A stretch of 64,000 bases of DNA. Source: Candidatus Omnitrophota bacterium (GTDB lineage: Bacteria; Omnitrophota; Gorgyraeia; Gygaellales; Profunditerraquicolaceae). The DNA lies in assembly GCA_020058085.1 (NCBI GenBank), contig JAGVER010000010.1, positions 1,549 through 65,548 of the forward strand, written 5' to 3'. The notes below the pieces were generated by a model that worked only from the letters and a program-made list of their open reading frames with translations, was not told the DNA's origin and searched no databases. The position numbers and the translations under genes are program-made. Each line of letters opens with the position of its first letter. Position 1 is the first letter of the stretch. Shown here piece after piece: positions 55,293-64,000 of this stretch.

Positions 55293-56291
55293 TTAGATTA
55301 TTTGAACAGTTTTCTTACCTTTTGTAACTTCACCGATAACCCATGATTTTAAACCAAAGTTTGCGAGTTTGGAAATTATTGTTTTTACTGACACGGGCTC
55401 AACTATTAAGACCATTCCTATCCCCATATTCAAAGTATGATACATCTCTCGGTCATCAATATTTCCTTTATTCTGGATTAAACGAAAGATACGAGGAATA
55501 ATCCAAGCATGCTTATTTATTATAACATCAACATTATCCGGAAGAATACGACTTATTTTATCATAAAATGCACCACCGGTAATATGCGCAATTCCTTTAA
55601 TATTATTATCTAGTAATAGGCTTAGCACCGGCTTAACATAAATACGCGTAGGCTTAAGCAGTTCATTGGCTATGCGCTTTAATTCATTAGCTGATAATGC
55701 CTTTCTTACCAGAGAATATCCATTTGAGTGAATCCCGCTGGACTCCAAGCCTATTACCGAATCTCCGGGCTTGATCCGGCTTCCATCAATAATATTCTTA
55801 CGCTCGGCTACACCGACACAAAACCCGGCGATGTCATATTCTCCCTCTCTGTACATCCCGGGCATCTGCGCGGTCTCTCCGCCGATTAAGGAGGATCCTG
55901 ATTCAATACACCCCTGGTTTATCCCTTTTACTACATCTATCAGAACCGTTTCTTTAACTTTACTAAAAGCAATATAATCTAAGAAAAAAAGCGGTTCGGC
56001 TCCGGTGCAGAGTATATCGTTTACATTCATCGCCACCGCATCAATCCCAACAGTATCATGCTTATTAGCTAACTGGGCAATCTTTAACTTTGTCCCCACG
56101 CCATCGCTGGAGGAGACCAAAACAGGATCTTTATACTTATTCTTATCTAATCTAAAAAAACTTCCGAACCCGCCGATATCTTTTAAAACTTCCGCACGAA
56201 AAGATTTTCTAACTATCGGCTTTAACTTTGCCTTAAAAGTTGAAGCAGCTTTGATATCCACACCCGATTTTTTATAATCAAGCCTTCTCAT
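55293..56291 (-). CDS. purM: Phosphoribosylformylglycinamidine cyclo-ligase (AIR synthetase)
   Basis: Start at MRRLDYKKSGVDI, with an ATGA overlap on the purF stop and GGGAGGA SD. DGVGTK, GGETAQMPG. Confidence 0.93.
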   Translation of the reverse strand: MRRLDYKKSGVDIKAASTFKAKLKPIVRKSFRAEVLKDIGGFGSFFRLDKNKYKDPVLVSSSDGVGTKLKIAQLANKHDTVGIDAVAMNVNDILCTGAEPLFFLDYIAFSKVKETVLIDVVKGINQGCIESGSSLIGGETAQMPGMYREGEYDIAGFCVGVAERKNIIDGSRIKPGDSVIGLESSGIHSNGYSLVRKALSANELKRIANELLKPTRIYVKPVLSLLLDNNIKGIAHITGGAFYDKISRILPDNVDVIINKHAWIIPRIFRLIQNKGNIDDREMYHTLNMGIGMVLIVEPVSVKTIISKLANFGLKSWVIGEVTKGKKTVQII

Positions 56292-57682
56292 GAAGTCCTC
56301 CCTGTCCAACAATAGAGGCAAAGTTTGTTCTTAGGCATCCCAATCGCAGCAATCATATCTTTTAATCTCTGATATTTTAGTGTAGTTACGCCGATGTCTT
56401 TCCTAATCCACTCTACAATCGCTTTATGCTCTTTGGAGTTTTCATTTATATACTTGCTTACATTTTTCACGTCTTTACCTGTTAAGGCTTTGATAGCCTT
56501 ACGCGCTGCCAATTCTACGATACTGCGGGTCGAATAATTAAACTTACAAGGAAACATCAGCGGCGGGCAAGCAATCCTCATATGAATCTTTTTTACCCCA
56601 TGTTCGCGCAATTTCTTAATCGTATAATTTCTAAGCTGGGTTCCGCGCACAATAGAATCATCGCAGAAAACTATGTTCTTGCCTTTAATAATCTCGGGGA
56701 TCGGTATCAATTTCATTTTAGCGATTAAATCACGTTTCTCCTGCGTGACCGGAGTATAGCTACGGTCAAAACCAGGGGTATATTTTACCAAAGGCCTGCG
56801 TAGAGGTATTCCCGATTCCATACTATAACCGATAGCATGGGCAGTCCCCGAATCCGGTATCCCAGCTACCATATCAGCAGTAACGTCATCTTCTTTAGCC
56901 AAATTCGCGCCACATCTTTCCCTGGAGATCTCCACATTAATCCCGTCATATTTAGATGCTGGAAATCCGGTATAAACCCAGAGGAATGAACAAATCTTAT
57001 TATTCTTCAGCCCTTTCCTTTTTGTCTTTAAACCTGATTTCCCAATCAAGACTATCTCCCCAGGCTCAAGAAATTTTACAATCTTATAGCCGAGATTTAA
57101 AAATGCTGAAGTCTCGGTAGTAACTGCCCAATCCCTTCCTTTCCTGCCGATCGCCAATGGCGTGCAGCCAAATTTATCCCGAGCAGCATAGATCCCGTCT
57201 TTATTTAAAATTAATAAAGAAGATGAACCTTGAATTTGACCCTGCATCTCTTCAATACCTTTAGCAATATTCCTTCCGCTAATAATCAATTTAGCCGTTA
57301 ATTCGGAAAAATTTATTTTCCCGTCAGCTATCTCACTAAACGATCTTCCCTGCTTGTAAATTTTTTTAGCAAGTTTATCTGCATTATCAATAAATCCGTT
57401 AGTTACAATCGCGAAAGGGCCGAATTTTGAACTCATCGTAATCGGTTGTTCATCTTTGGCACTGATAACGCCTATCCCCATTTTCCCCGGCATCTTCTGA
57501 TAATCCTCATAAAACTTGGCTTTAAATTGAGAACCCCGGATATCATGGATCTTTCGCTGGATATCTTTGCCAAACACGGCCAGGCCGGCAAATTGAGTAC
57601 CTAAATGTGAGTGATACTCTGTCCCGTAATACAGGTCATCGTTACAATTATTCTTTGAGACTACCCCGAATATACCACTCAT
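56288..57682 (-). CDS. purF: Amidophosphoribosyltransferase-like protein with Ser in place of the N-terminal nucleophile Cys
   Basis: 464 aa. Begins MSGIFGV (canonical MCGI[VF]G); NG oxyanion TNGFIDN; PRPP loop VFCDDSIVRGTQL. GGAGGAG SD, and an in-frame TGA 4 codons upstream excludes a propeptide. Confidence 0.75.
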   Translation of the reverse strand: MSGIFGVVSKNNCNDDLYYGTEYHSHLGTQFAGLAVFGKDIQRKIHDIRGSQFKAKFYEDYQKMPGKMGIGVISAKDEQPITMSSKFGPFAIVTNGFIDNADKLAKKIYKQGRSFSEIADGKINFSELTAKLIISGRNIAKGIEEMQGQIQGSSSLLILNKDGIYAARDKFGCTPLAIGRKGRDWAVTTETSAFLNLGYKIVKFLEPGEIVLIGKSGLKTKRKGLKNNKICSFLWVYTGFPASKYDGINVEISRERCGANLAKEDDVTADMVAGIPDSGTAHAIGYSMESGIPLRRPLVKYTPGFDRSYTPVTQEKRDLIAKMKLIPIPEIIKGKNIVFCDDSIVRGTQLRNYTIKKLREHGVKKIHMRIACPPLMFPCKFNYSTRSIVELAARKAIKALTGKDVKNVSKYINENSKEHKAIVEWIRKDIGVTTLKYQRLKDMIAAIGMPKNKLCLYCWTGRTS

Positions 57683-57694
57683 ATTCTCCTCCGC

Positions 57695-58468
57695 TCAAAA
57701 ATACTTTTTAATATAGTCAATACCATTCTTAAAAATCTGTAAACCTATGCCAGCTTCATTATTCTTCCAACCGGGATGCTGCTCTAAACTAATATTTCTC
57801 TCCGGATGGGGCATAAGCCCTAATATTCTTCCTGTTTTATCGCAAATACCGGCGATATTCTCCTCTGCCCCATTTGGATTATCCGGATATCCGCAAAATT
57901 TTCCTTGAGCATTAGAATATTGAAAAACAATTTGGCCATTATTTTTTAGCCGTTTGAGAATTTTCTTATCCTGCAGAATAAATTTACCTTCGCCATGGGC
58001 TACAGGAAGACAAATAATCTCCGGCAAGTTCTTGGCCCATACACATTTATTTTTAGCTTTGCGTAAATGCGACCACCTATCTTCAAATTTACCGGAATCG
58101 TTAATAATAAGGCTCGCCTCTTGTACTAATGAATCATTCCCCGGTAATAAACCGCTCTTAACCAGTATCTGGAAACCATTACATATGCCAATAATTAATT
58201 TACCATCCTGAATAAACTTCTTTAAATCTCCGGCTAACTTATACTTTAGCTCATTAGCAAAGATCTTACCCGAAGCTATATCATCGCCATAGCTAAAACC
58301 TCCGGGCAAAGCCAGTATATGGTAATCCGCAAGGCTGACCTTAGCACTAACTAAATTATTGATATGCACTAAATCAGCGCTTGCCCCGGCAAGAGAAAAA
58401 GCAAAAGCAGTCTCTTTATCGCAATTTGTCCCGGCTGTCCTTAAAATACAGACCTTAGGCTTTTTCAT
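57695..58468 (-). CDS. purQ: Phosphoribosylformylglycinamidine synthase, glutaminase subunit
   Basis: 257 aa. GGFSYGDD, nucleophile elbow GICNGFQ, MPHPER. Confidence 0.92.
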   Translation of the reverse strand: MKKPKVCILRTAGTNCDKETAFAFSLAGASADLVHINNLVSAKVSLADYHILALPGGFSYGDDIASGKIFANELKYKLAGDLKKFIQDGKLIIGICNGFQILVKSGLLPGNDSLVQEASLIINDSGKFEDRWSHLRKAKNKCVWAKNLPEIICLPVAHGEGKFILQDKKILKRLKNNGQIVFQYSNAQGKFCGYPDNPNGAEENIAGICDKTGRILGLMPHPERNISLEQHPGWKNNEAGIGLQIFKNGIDYIKKYF

Positions 58469-59132
58469 AAAATTTCTTTACTACCTCTACCACTTCTTTA
58501 GGTTTATCTACTAGAGTAAATATATCCAGATCGCTTTTACTGATATTGCCATGCTTAAGCATAACATTCTTTAACCAATCCAAAAGCCCTTCCCAATACC
58601 GACTGTTAAATAAAACTACGGGAAATTTTGGTATACGTGCAGTCTGGATTAAATTAATCGCCTCAAAGAATTCATCCAGCGTGCCGTAGCCTCCGGGCAA
58701 TATCACAAATGCCTTGGCGTATTTTACAAACATTACTTTCCTGATAAAGAAATAACGAAAATCCAAAAGAGTATCCACATATTGGTTTGGCTTCTGCTCA
58801 CAGGGTATATGTATATTCAATCCTATGGAATGCCCTCCCCCGCGCTTAGCTCCTTTATTAGCAGCCTCCATTAATCCCGGGCCACTTCCGGTAATTACAG
58901 CATACCCTGCCTTAGCCATATAATAAGCAACCTCTTCGCCCAGTTTATAATGTGGATCATTAGGCTTAGTGCGAGCCGAACCAAATATAGATACCGCCTT
59001 ATCTAACTTGGAGAGGACTTCAAAACCTTCGACGAACTCCGACATGATCCGGAATATCCTCCAGGGGTCCTCGCGCGTAAAATCTTCTTTTTCCATAAAA
59101 TTATCCGACAAACAGATCTTTTTCTTTACCAT
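58455..59132 (-). CDS. LOG family / TIGR00730 nucleotide 5'-monophosphate nucleosidase-like protein
   Basis: 225 aa. SGPGLMEAANKGA and PGGYGTLDEFFE motifs. Confidence 0.85.
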   Translation of the reverse strand: MVKKKICLSDNFMEKEDFTREDPWRIFRIMSEFVEGFEVLSKLDKAVSIFGSARTKPNDPHYKLGEEVAYYMAKAGYAVITGSGPGLMEAANKGAKRGGGHSIGLNIHIPCEQKPNQYVDTLLDFRYFFIRKVMFVKYAKAFVILPGGYGTLDEFFEAINLIQTARIPKFPVVLFNSRYWEGLLDWLKNVMLKHGNISKSDLDIFTLVDKPKEVVEVVKKFYEKA

Positions 59133-59147
59133 CTTTTGCCTCCGTAT

Positions 59148-62030
59148 TTACCACTTTAAAGGTTTTTGCCAAGCACTTTTCAGTTTATTAATATCAGCAT
59201 CAACACAAATCTTCCCATCTAGGCCATAAATCCTAAAATTATTTTTCGCGCCTACACAACCTATCAACCCGATGGGCAGGCCTTTTAGCGCCTTCTCGAA
59301 TTCTTTCTGCTTATTTTTTTCTACCTCTACGATGAACCTTGAATTTGATTCCGAGAACAAAAGATAATCATTACGTTTATTTTTAGAGAGATAAGGAGCC
59401 TCGCTCAAAAAGGCTTCCAGACCTAACCCTCCGGAGAAACTCATCTCAGCTAAAGCAACAGCTAGCCCGCCTTCAGAGCAATCATGCATAGCCCTGATTA
59501 TTCCCTTAGTTGTGGCGTTGCTTAAAGCATCAAATATTTTCTTTGCTCTCTCTACCCTTACTTGCGGAACGGAATTTCCAATTACCTTAGACAAACCATA
59601 ATAATGTGAACCGCCTAATTCATCGTAAGTACTCCCTACAACATAAATCAAGTTCCCTTTATTTTTCAGATACATAGAGACCGCCTTATCAACATCTTCC
59701 ATAACTGATATCGCGGAAATAAGTATAGTCCCGGGTATACTCAAAGATTTCCCGTGCACAGTATATTCATTGTAAAGGCTGTCTTTTCCTGAAATAAACG
59801 GGATACTAAATCCCTTAGCAATATCATAGCAGCCATAAGCGCAACGCACTAAACTTCCTAGCCTATCCGGTTTGTCAGGATTACCCCAGCAGAAATTATC
59901 CAAAATAGCTGTTTCTTTTAATGATCCGCCTACACTGATAATCTGGCGCAGGGATTCATCAATACAAGAAGCTGCCATCCAATAAGGATCGATAAAACCG
60001 TAGCGGAAATTTATACCATTGGAGACAATTATTCCTTTTTTAGAACCAAGGACTGGCTTTACAATAGCGGCATCAGATGGACCGTCATTTAGAACTCCGA
60101 CTAAAGGCTTCAAAACCGAACCACCTTGAACTTCATGATCATACCTGCGAATTACTGACTCCTTAGAACAAATATCATAACGCGAAAGTAATTTAAATAA
60201 CGCCGGTGTAAGGTCTCTCGGACAGTTTATCTTTGCATCTTTATGCTTTGGCTGGATATAAATTGCCTCTTTCTCTATTCTCGGCAAACCTTCATGCAGA
60301 AAATTCATATCCAGTTTACAAACTAAATTATCTTGATAATAAAGTTCCAGTTTTTTACTATCCGTGAATTCCCCAATGACTGTAGCCTCGACATTCTCTT
60401 CGGCAAAAACATTCAATAAGGCCTCTATATCTTTGGGCGGAACCGAGAGAGTCATTCTCTCCTGCGATTCAGATATCCAAATCTCCATATAAGATAAACC
60501 GCTATATTTTAAGGGGACTTTATCCAAGTCAACCCTTACCCCTAATTCTGCGCCCATCTCTCCTATTGCGCTAGATAAACCTCCTGCGCCGCAGTCAGTA
60601 ATCGCACTATAAAGATTCTCATCGCGCGCCTTAATTAATGTGTCCAAGACCTTTTTTTCCTGGATAGGATTACCAATCTGCACTGCGCCTCCGGAAACAG
60701 TTTCAGACTCATGGGTTAATTCTCCTGAAGAGAATGTTGCTCCGTGAATACCGTCTCTACCTGTCCTGCCCCCTACTACCACAGCCAGATCTCCAACATT
60801 TGTTTTCTTAAAAGATTTACCTTTAGGCATAATCCCTACTGTGCCGCAATAAACCAGAGGATTACCGGTAAAGCCTTCATCAAATAATATGGCACCATTT
60901 ACAGTAGGAATTCCCATTTTGTTCCCATAATCCTGTACTCCGCTTACTACCCCCTTCATTACGCGCTTAGGATGCAATGCGCCTACAGGCAACTTACTAA
61001 AAGGATAATCAACAAGCCCAAAACAAAACACATCAGTATTTAAAATTGGCTTAGCCCCTAAACCTGTCCCCATCGGGTCGCGAATAACTCCTCCGATACC
61101 GGTATTTGCTCCGCCGAATGGCTCCAGAGCCGAAGGATGATTATGCGTCTCAACCTTGAAACAAACATTATTTTTATCGTCAAAGCGTATCACTCCTGAA
61201 TTATCCTTGAAGACCGAAACACACCAAGGCTTATTTAATTCTTTAGTAACTTTCATTATTGTGGACTTAAGAAGACTGTCAATTAATTTTGTTTTGGATT
61301 TATTTTGGATTTTTTCCGTATACTTTATCCTGCCCCGAAAAGTCTTGTGGAAGCAGTGTTCGGACCAGGTCTGTGCTACGGTCTCTAATTCGCAATCCGT
61401 AGGATTACGGCCTAAACCCTTAAAGTAGCTCTTAATCGCGCGCATCTCAAAAAGATTAAGGAATAACTGGCCTTTCTTGCTTATCTCTAATAATTTTTTA
61501 TCAGAGGCATTAAGCAAATCAACATGCGTAAGATTAAATTGATAGCCGGATTCATTTTTGAAATTATGTTCTTCAGATTTTACAATATGCTGAATAAGTT
61601 TATTGTAAAGAAGCCTATCGCAAATTGTCTTTAGCTGTTGAAGCGAGAGTTTACCGCGGATTATATATTTTTTGGCAGTTTTGACTGAATCCACGCCTGC
61701 AATTCCTAAATCTTTGATGCCTTTTAGCGTGGATTCCTCAACCGGATCCATAACTCCGGGGTTATAGGCGACTTCAATAACAAATTCTTCTTTATTGTAT
61801 TCTCTGCTTGCCCGATTTATAAAATAATTCTGGCAGATTCTATCAGTAAGAAGTTCCTGGCAGATCCTCTTGGCATCGCCATCTAAGATATCGCCTTCAA
61901 GATTATAGACCTGAATAAAGCGGGCATCTCGGACAGTGCCAATACCTAAATCCAGAATGCCTTTTTTAACGCTTTCTCCAACAGCGTCAAAAATACCGGA
62001 TTTATCCTGTATCTCAATTTTATAAAACAT
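59148..62030 (-). CDS. purL: FGAM synthase subunit PurL with two N-terminal PurS-like domains (PurS-PurS-PurL fusion)
   Basis: 960 aa. Residues ~1-72 and ~83-150 each show the PurS pattern (..GVMDPVEESTLKGIKDLGI..V..V...K). PurL proper starts near TDCELETVAQTWSEHCFHKTF, with the ETHNHPSALEPFGGANTG motif. Confidence 0.85.
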   Translation of the reverse strand: MFYKIEIQDKSGIFDAVGESVKKGILDLGIGTVRDARFIQVYNLEGDILDGDAKRICQELLTDRICQNYFINRASREYNKEEFVIEVAYNPGVMDPVEESTLKGIKDLGIAGVDSVKTAKKYIIRGKLSLQQLKTICDRLLYNKLIQHIVKSEEHNFKNESGYQFNLTHVDLLNASDKKLLEISKKGQLFLNLFEMRAIKSYFKGLGRNPTDCELETVAQTWSEHCFHKTFRGRIKYTEKIQNKSKTKLIDSLLKSTIMKVTKELNKPWCVSVFKDNSGVIRFDDKNNVCFKVETHNHPSALEPFGGANTGIGGVIRDPMGTGLGAKPILNTDVFCFGLVDYPFSKLPVGALHPKRVMKGVVSGVQDYGNKMGIPTVNGAILFDEGFTGNPLVYCGTVGIMPKGKSFKKTNVGDLAVVVGGRTGRDGIHGATFSSGELTHESETVSGGAVQIGNPIQEKKVLDTLIKARDENLYSAITDCGAGGLSSAIGEMGAELGVRVDLDKVPLKYSGLSYMEIWISESQERMTLSVPPKDIEALLNVFAEENVEATVIGEFTDSKKLELYYQDNLVCKLDMNFLHEGLPRIEKEAIYIQPKHKDAKINCPRDLTPALFKLLSRYDICSKESVIRRYDHEVQGGSVLKPLVGVLNDGPSDAAIVKPVLGSKKGIIVSNGINFRYGFIDPYWMAASCIDESLRQIISVGGSLKETAILDNFCWGNPDKPDRLGSLVRCAYGCYDIAKGFSIPFISGKDSLYNEYTVHGKSLSIPGTILISAISVMEDVDKAVSMYLKNKGNLIYVVGSTYDELGGSHYYGLSKVIGNSVPQVRVERAKKIFDALSNATTKGIIRAMHDCSEGGLAVALAEMSFSGGLGLEAFLSEAPYLSKNKRNDYLLFSESNSRFIVEVEKNKQKEFEKALKGLPIGLIGCVGAKNNFRIYGLDGKICVDADINKLKSAWQKPLKW

Positions 62031-62066
62031 GGTTACAAAATAAGATGTGCTAGGTAGGTAAAATTT

Positions 62067-63359
62067 TTACAATCCGACTCTTTTGAAAATCACATTTACC
62101 TTACGCAGGTAATAGTTTAAATCAAATATTTTATCCAGCTCTTTTTCGTCGAGGCGCTTTAAAACTTCACTATCCAGCATAAGGCTATTTTTGAAATCTA
62201 TTCCTTTTTTCCAAGTCCGCATAGCAGAGCGCTGCACAATATCATAAGCTTCAGTCCGGGGCATTCCTGAATCCATAAGGCTCAAAAGAACCCTCTGTGA
62301 GAATATCAGCCCTTTGGTCTTAATCAAATTCGCCATCATATTCTGAGGATAAACATTTAAACCTTCGATTACTTGGATAAATTTATTCAACATATAGTCC
62401 AGGCCTAAAGTTGAATCCGGTATGATTACCCGCTCAACAGATGAATGCGATATATCACGCTCATGCCATAAAGCAATATTTTCCATTGCAGCCAAGGCGT
62501 TACCGCGCAAAAGACGGGATAACCCGCAGATACGCTCGCAGATCACAGGATTTCGCTTATGCGGCATAGCTGATGAACCTTTTTGTCCTTTGCCAAACGG
62601 CTCTTCCACTTCTAAAACCTCTGTACGCTGCAGATGCCTTATTTCAGTTGCAAATTTTTCTAGGCTTGAACCGACAATCGCAATCCTCGCCATAAATACG
62701 GCGTAAATATCCCGCTGAATTATCTGGGTGGAAATCTTTGCCGGCTTAAGGCCAAGTTTCTTACAAATATAACTTTCCACTCTGGGATCAATATTAGCAA
62801 AAGTACCGACAGCTCCGGAGACTTTACCAATGGCTGCCTCTTCCTTCGCGAGTTTAAGCCGTGTGAGATTACGTTGCATCTCATCATACCAGAGTGCAAG
62901 TTTTAAACCGAACGTAATCGGTTCAGCATGCACGCCATGGGTGCGGCCAATACAAGCAGTATCCTTATAAAGTTTGGCTTTCTTAGCTAAAACCTTGAGT
63001 AACCTATTTATATCGTCAATTAAAATACCCGCGGCTGCTTTTAATTGCACCCCAAGTGTTGTATCCAAAATATCGGATGAAGTTAACCCAAGATGTAGAT
63101 ATTTGGCATCACTACCTATATATTGGGCCACATTGGTAACAAATGCCACTACATCATGTTGTGTCTTCTCTTCAATCTTCTGGATTTGCTTAAGATTAAA
63201 CTTGGCTTTCTTGCGGATTCTTTTTACTGCTTGAGGCGGCACCTCTTTAAGCTTGGCTAATGCTTCTAAGGCGAGTATCTCAATATCTAGCATAGTCTTA
63301 AACTTAAACTCTTCCTGCCAGATACTCTTCATTTTAGGTAAGCTATAACGCTCAATCAT
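62067..63359 (-). CDS. purB: Adenylosuccinate lyase
   Basis: 430 aa. Fumarate-lyase signature GSSAMPHKRNP. Confidence 0.95.
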   Translation of the reverse strand: MIERYSLPKMKSIWQEEFKFKTMLDIEILALEALAKLKEVPPQAVKRIRKKAKFNLKQIQKIEEKTQHDVVAFVTNVAQYIGSDAKYLHLGLTSSDILDTTLGVQLKAAAGILIDDINRLLKVLAKKAKLYKDTACIGRTHGVHAEPITFGLKLALWYDEMQRNLTRLKLAKEEAAIGKVSGAVGTFANIDPRVESYICKKLGLKPAKISTQIIQRDIYAVFMARIAIVGSSLEKFATEIRHLQRTEVLEVEEPFGKGQKGSSAMPHKRNPVICERICGLSRLLRGNALAAMENIALWHERDISHSSVERVIIPDSTLGLDYMLNKFIQVIEGLNVYPQNMMANLIKTKGLIFSQRVLLSLMDSGMPRTEAYDIVQRSAMRTWKKGIDFKNSLMLDSEVLKRLDEKELDKIFDLNYYLRKVNVIFKRVGL

Positions 63360-63391
63360 TAATGCTATCCTTTCATCCTGTAGGAATTTAT

Positions 63392-63419
63392 ATTATAGCA
63401 GAAATAGCGCTTTTCGCAA
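63392..63419 (-). promoter_or_regulatory. Candidate strong promoter for purB and the downstream pur genes
   Basis: Minus strand TTGCGA (63414-63419) - 16 nt - TATAAT (63392-63397), directly downstream of the terminator hairpin. Confidence 0.5.
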
Positions 63420-63430
63420 TCGAAAATAAT

Positions 63431-63488
63431 GGGGACGGTTCTATTTTTCCGCCTTTTTAGGCTTCTATAGAAAAATAGAACCGTCCCC
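63431..63488 (-). terminator. 19-bp-stem hairpin (GGTTCTA-type palindromic element) acting as an intrinsic terminator
   Basis: GGGGACGGTTCTATTTTTC (63431-63449) / GAAAAATAGAACCGTCCCC (63470-63488) with a 20-nt loop. It begins 7 nt after the stop of 63495..64000. AUUAUUUU follows on the minus strand and UUGUUUUU on the plus strand. Confidence 0.65.
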
Positions 63489-63494
63489 TTGTTT

Positions 63495-64000
63495 TTAACG
63501 CACGTCAATAAGGTCGAAGGTGTAATCTGTGATGCCAGAGGGTGAAACTAAAACTAGGCCGATCATCTTAGTCCCTTGATTCTTATAGAGAGCCTTAAAT
63601 TCAGATTGCTTTGTGTTCGGTTTAAAATCCCCGAGGCTTCCTGACCAGAGATATTGCAGCTCGACATTAAAACATCCACTTGAGGCGAGATAAACGGAAG
63701 ATTTTATCTCCGCTTCTTCACCTGATTTAGGATAGTAGATATTTGATCTTAAGTCAATCTTACTCATATCAAAGTTGGCGGATGATTCTTTTAAAGAAAC
63801 ATCCATAAAAGTCTTCAAATTGTGCTCCATGGCTGCGCCTTCTTCTGATTCCTTTAGCCTCTCCTGGGCCATCTGAAGGGTATCCGTAGGATACCCTTCA
63901 GATTTTTCAATTAATTTCTTATAGTATCCTTTAGCAGGCGCCAGATCTCCCTCCCATTGCTTAAGCAGGCCCAATTGGTATAAACTTGCTAAAGAATGCG
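63495..64000 (-). CDS. C-terminal part of a larger (TPR-like N-terminal) protein; 5' end outside the window
   Basis: The ORF-track start at 63974 is TTG, and the frame stays open upstream to base 64000 (..HSLASLYQLGLLKQWEGDLAPAKGYYKKLIE). The C-terminal 110 aa are beta-rich and of unknown family. Confidence 0.6.
   Translation of the reverse strand, partial: HSLASLYQLGLLKQWEGDLAPAKGYYKKLIEKSEGYPTDTLQMAQERLKESEEGAAMEHNLKTFMDVSLKESSANFDMSKIDLRSNIYYPKSGEEAEIKSSVYLASSGCFNVELQYLWSGSLGDFKPNTKQSEFKALYKNQGTKMIGLVLVSPSGITDYTFDLIDVR

Noticed and set aside
1-64000. Search for CRISPR arrays, tRNA/rRNA/tmRNA/SRP/RNase P genes, IS elements and tandem repeats
   Set aside because: No regularly spaced direct repeats, no cloverleaf-compatible intergenic segment, no conserved ncRNA core sequences and no transposase-like ORF were seen. 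Intergenic space is almost fully accounted for by the hairpin elements listed.

Overview
AT-rich bacterial chromosome segment from a diderm (LPS-making) organism. The lineage cannot be assigned from sequence alone. About 65 protein genes are tightly packed, often with 4-nt ATGA/GTGA overlaps. All but two (11557..12105 and 38692..40635) are on the minus strand. No rRNA, tRNA, CRISPR array or transposase gene was seen. Gene content left to right: partial secreted metallophosphoesterase; serA plus a class V aminotransferase; clpP and a short trigger factor; a large LPS block (lptB, LptC/LptA fusion, kdsC-kdsD-kdsA-kdsB, heptose-7-P kinase). A ~4.8 kb low-information island follows (ORF6N protein, four secreted proteins or lipoproteins, an orphan 325-aa protein). 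The LPS block then continues with four GT9 heptosyltransferase-like modules, GT4s, a deacetylase, an LpxL-ELM1-like fusion, lpxK, a UPF0016 transporter, a HAD hydrolase, a STAS-PilZ fusion and waaA. Next come xerC, an orphan, topA, dprA, aroK, spoVG, aroC, a secreted SNase, a Ski2-like helicase, a macro-Nudix fusion, a flavoprotein, yjbQ, an aspartic protease, asmA, cca, nrdR, dCMP deaminase, glyA, rpiB, a TsaC-LMW-PTP fusion, and a pur cluster (purE, purD, purM, purF, purQ, PurS-PurS-PurL, purB) interrupted by a cupin, a RelE/ParE TA pair, an SPFH protein and a LOG protein. The most interesting signal is non-coding. A family of GC-rich modular hairpin / three-way-junction elements fills several intergenic gaps exactly from the upstream stop codon to the downstream Shine-Dalgarno (2863-2972, 4718-4814, 23242-23315, 26584-26735, 37850-38098, 55141-55292). 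It includes two ~95% identical copies 24 kb apart and two tandem modules that differ by compensatory base-pair changes. A second, unrelated palindromic family (core GGGGACGGTTCTA) occurs as a terminator (63431-63488), in frame inside a GT9-GT9 fusion gene (17242-17292), and as degenerate copies that form ~59-bp direct repeats bracketing the secreted-protein cassette. A ~200-nt nested perfect palindrome lies at 15995-16206. All function calls rest on motif recognition by eye; no database search was run.
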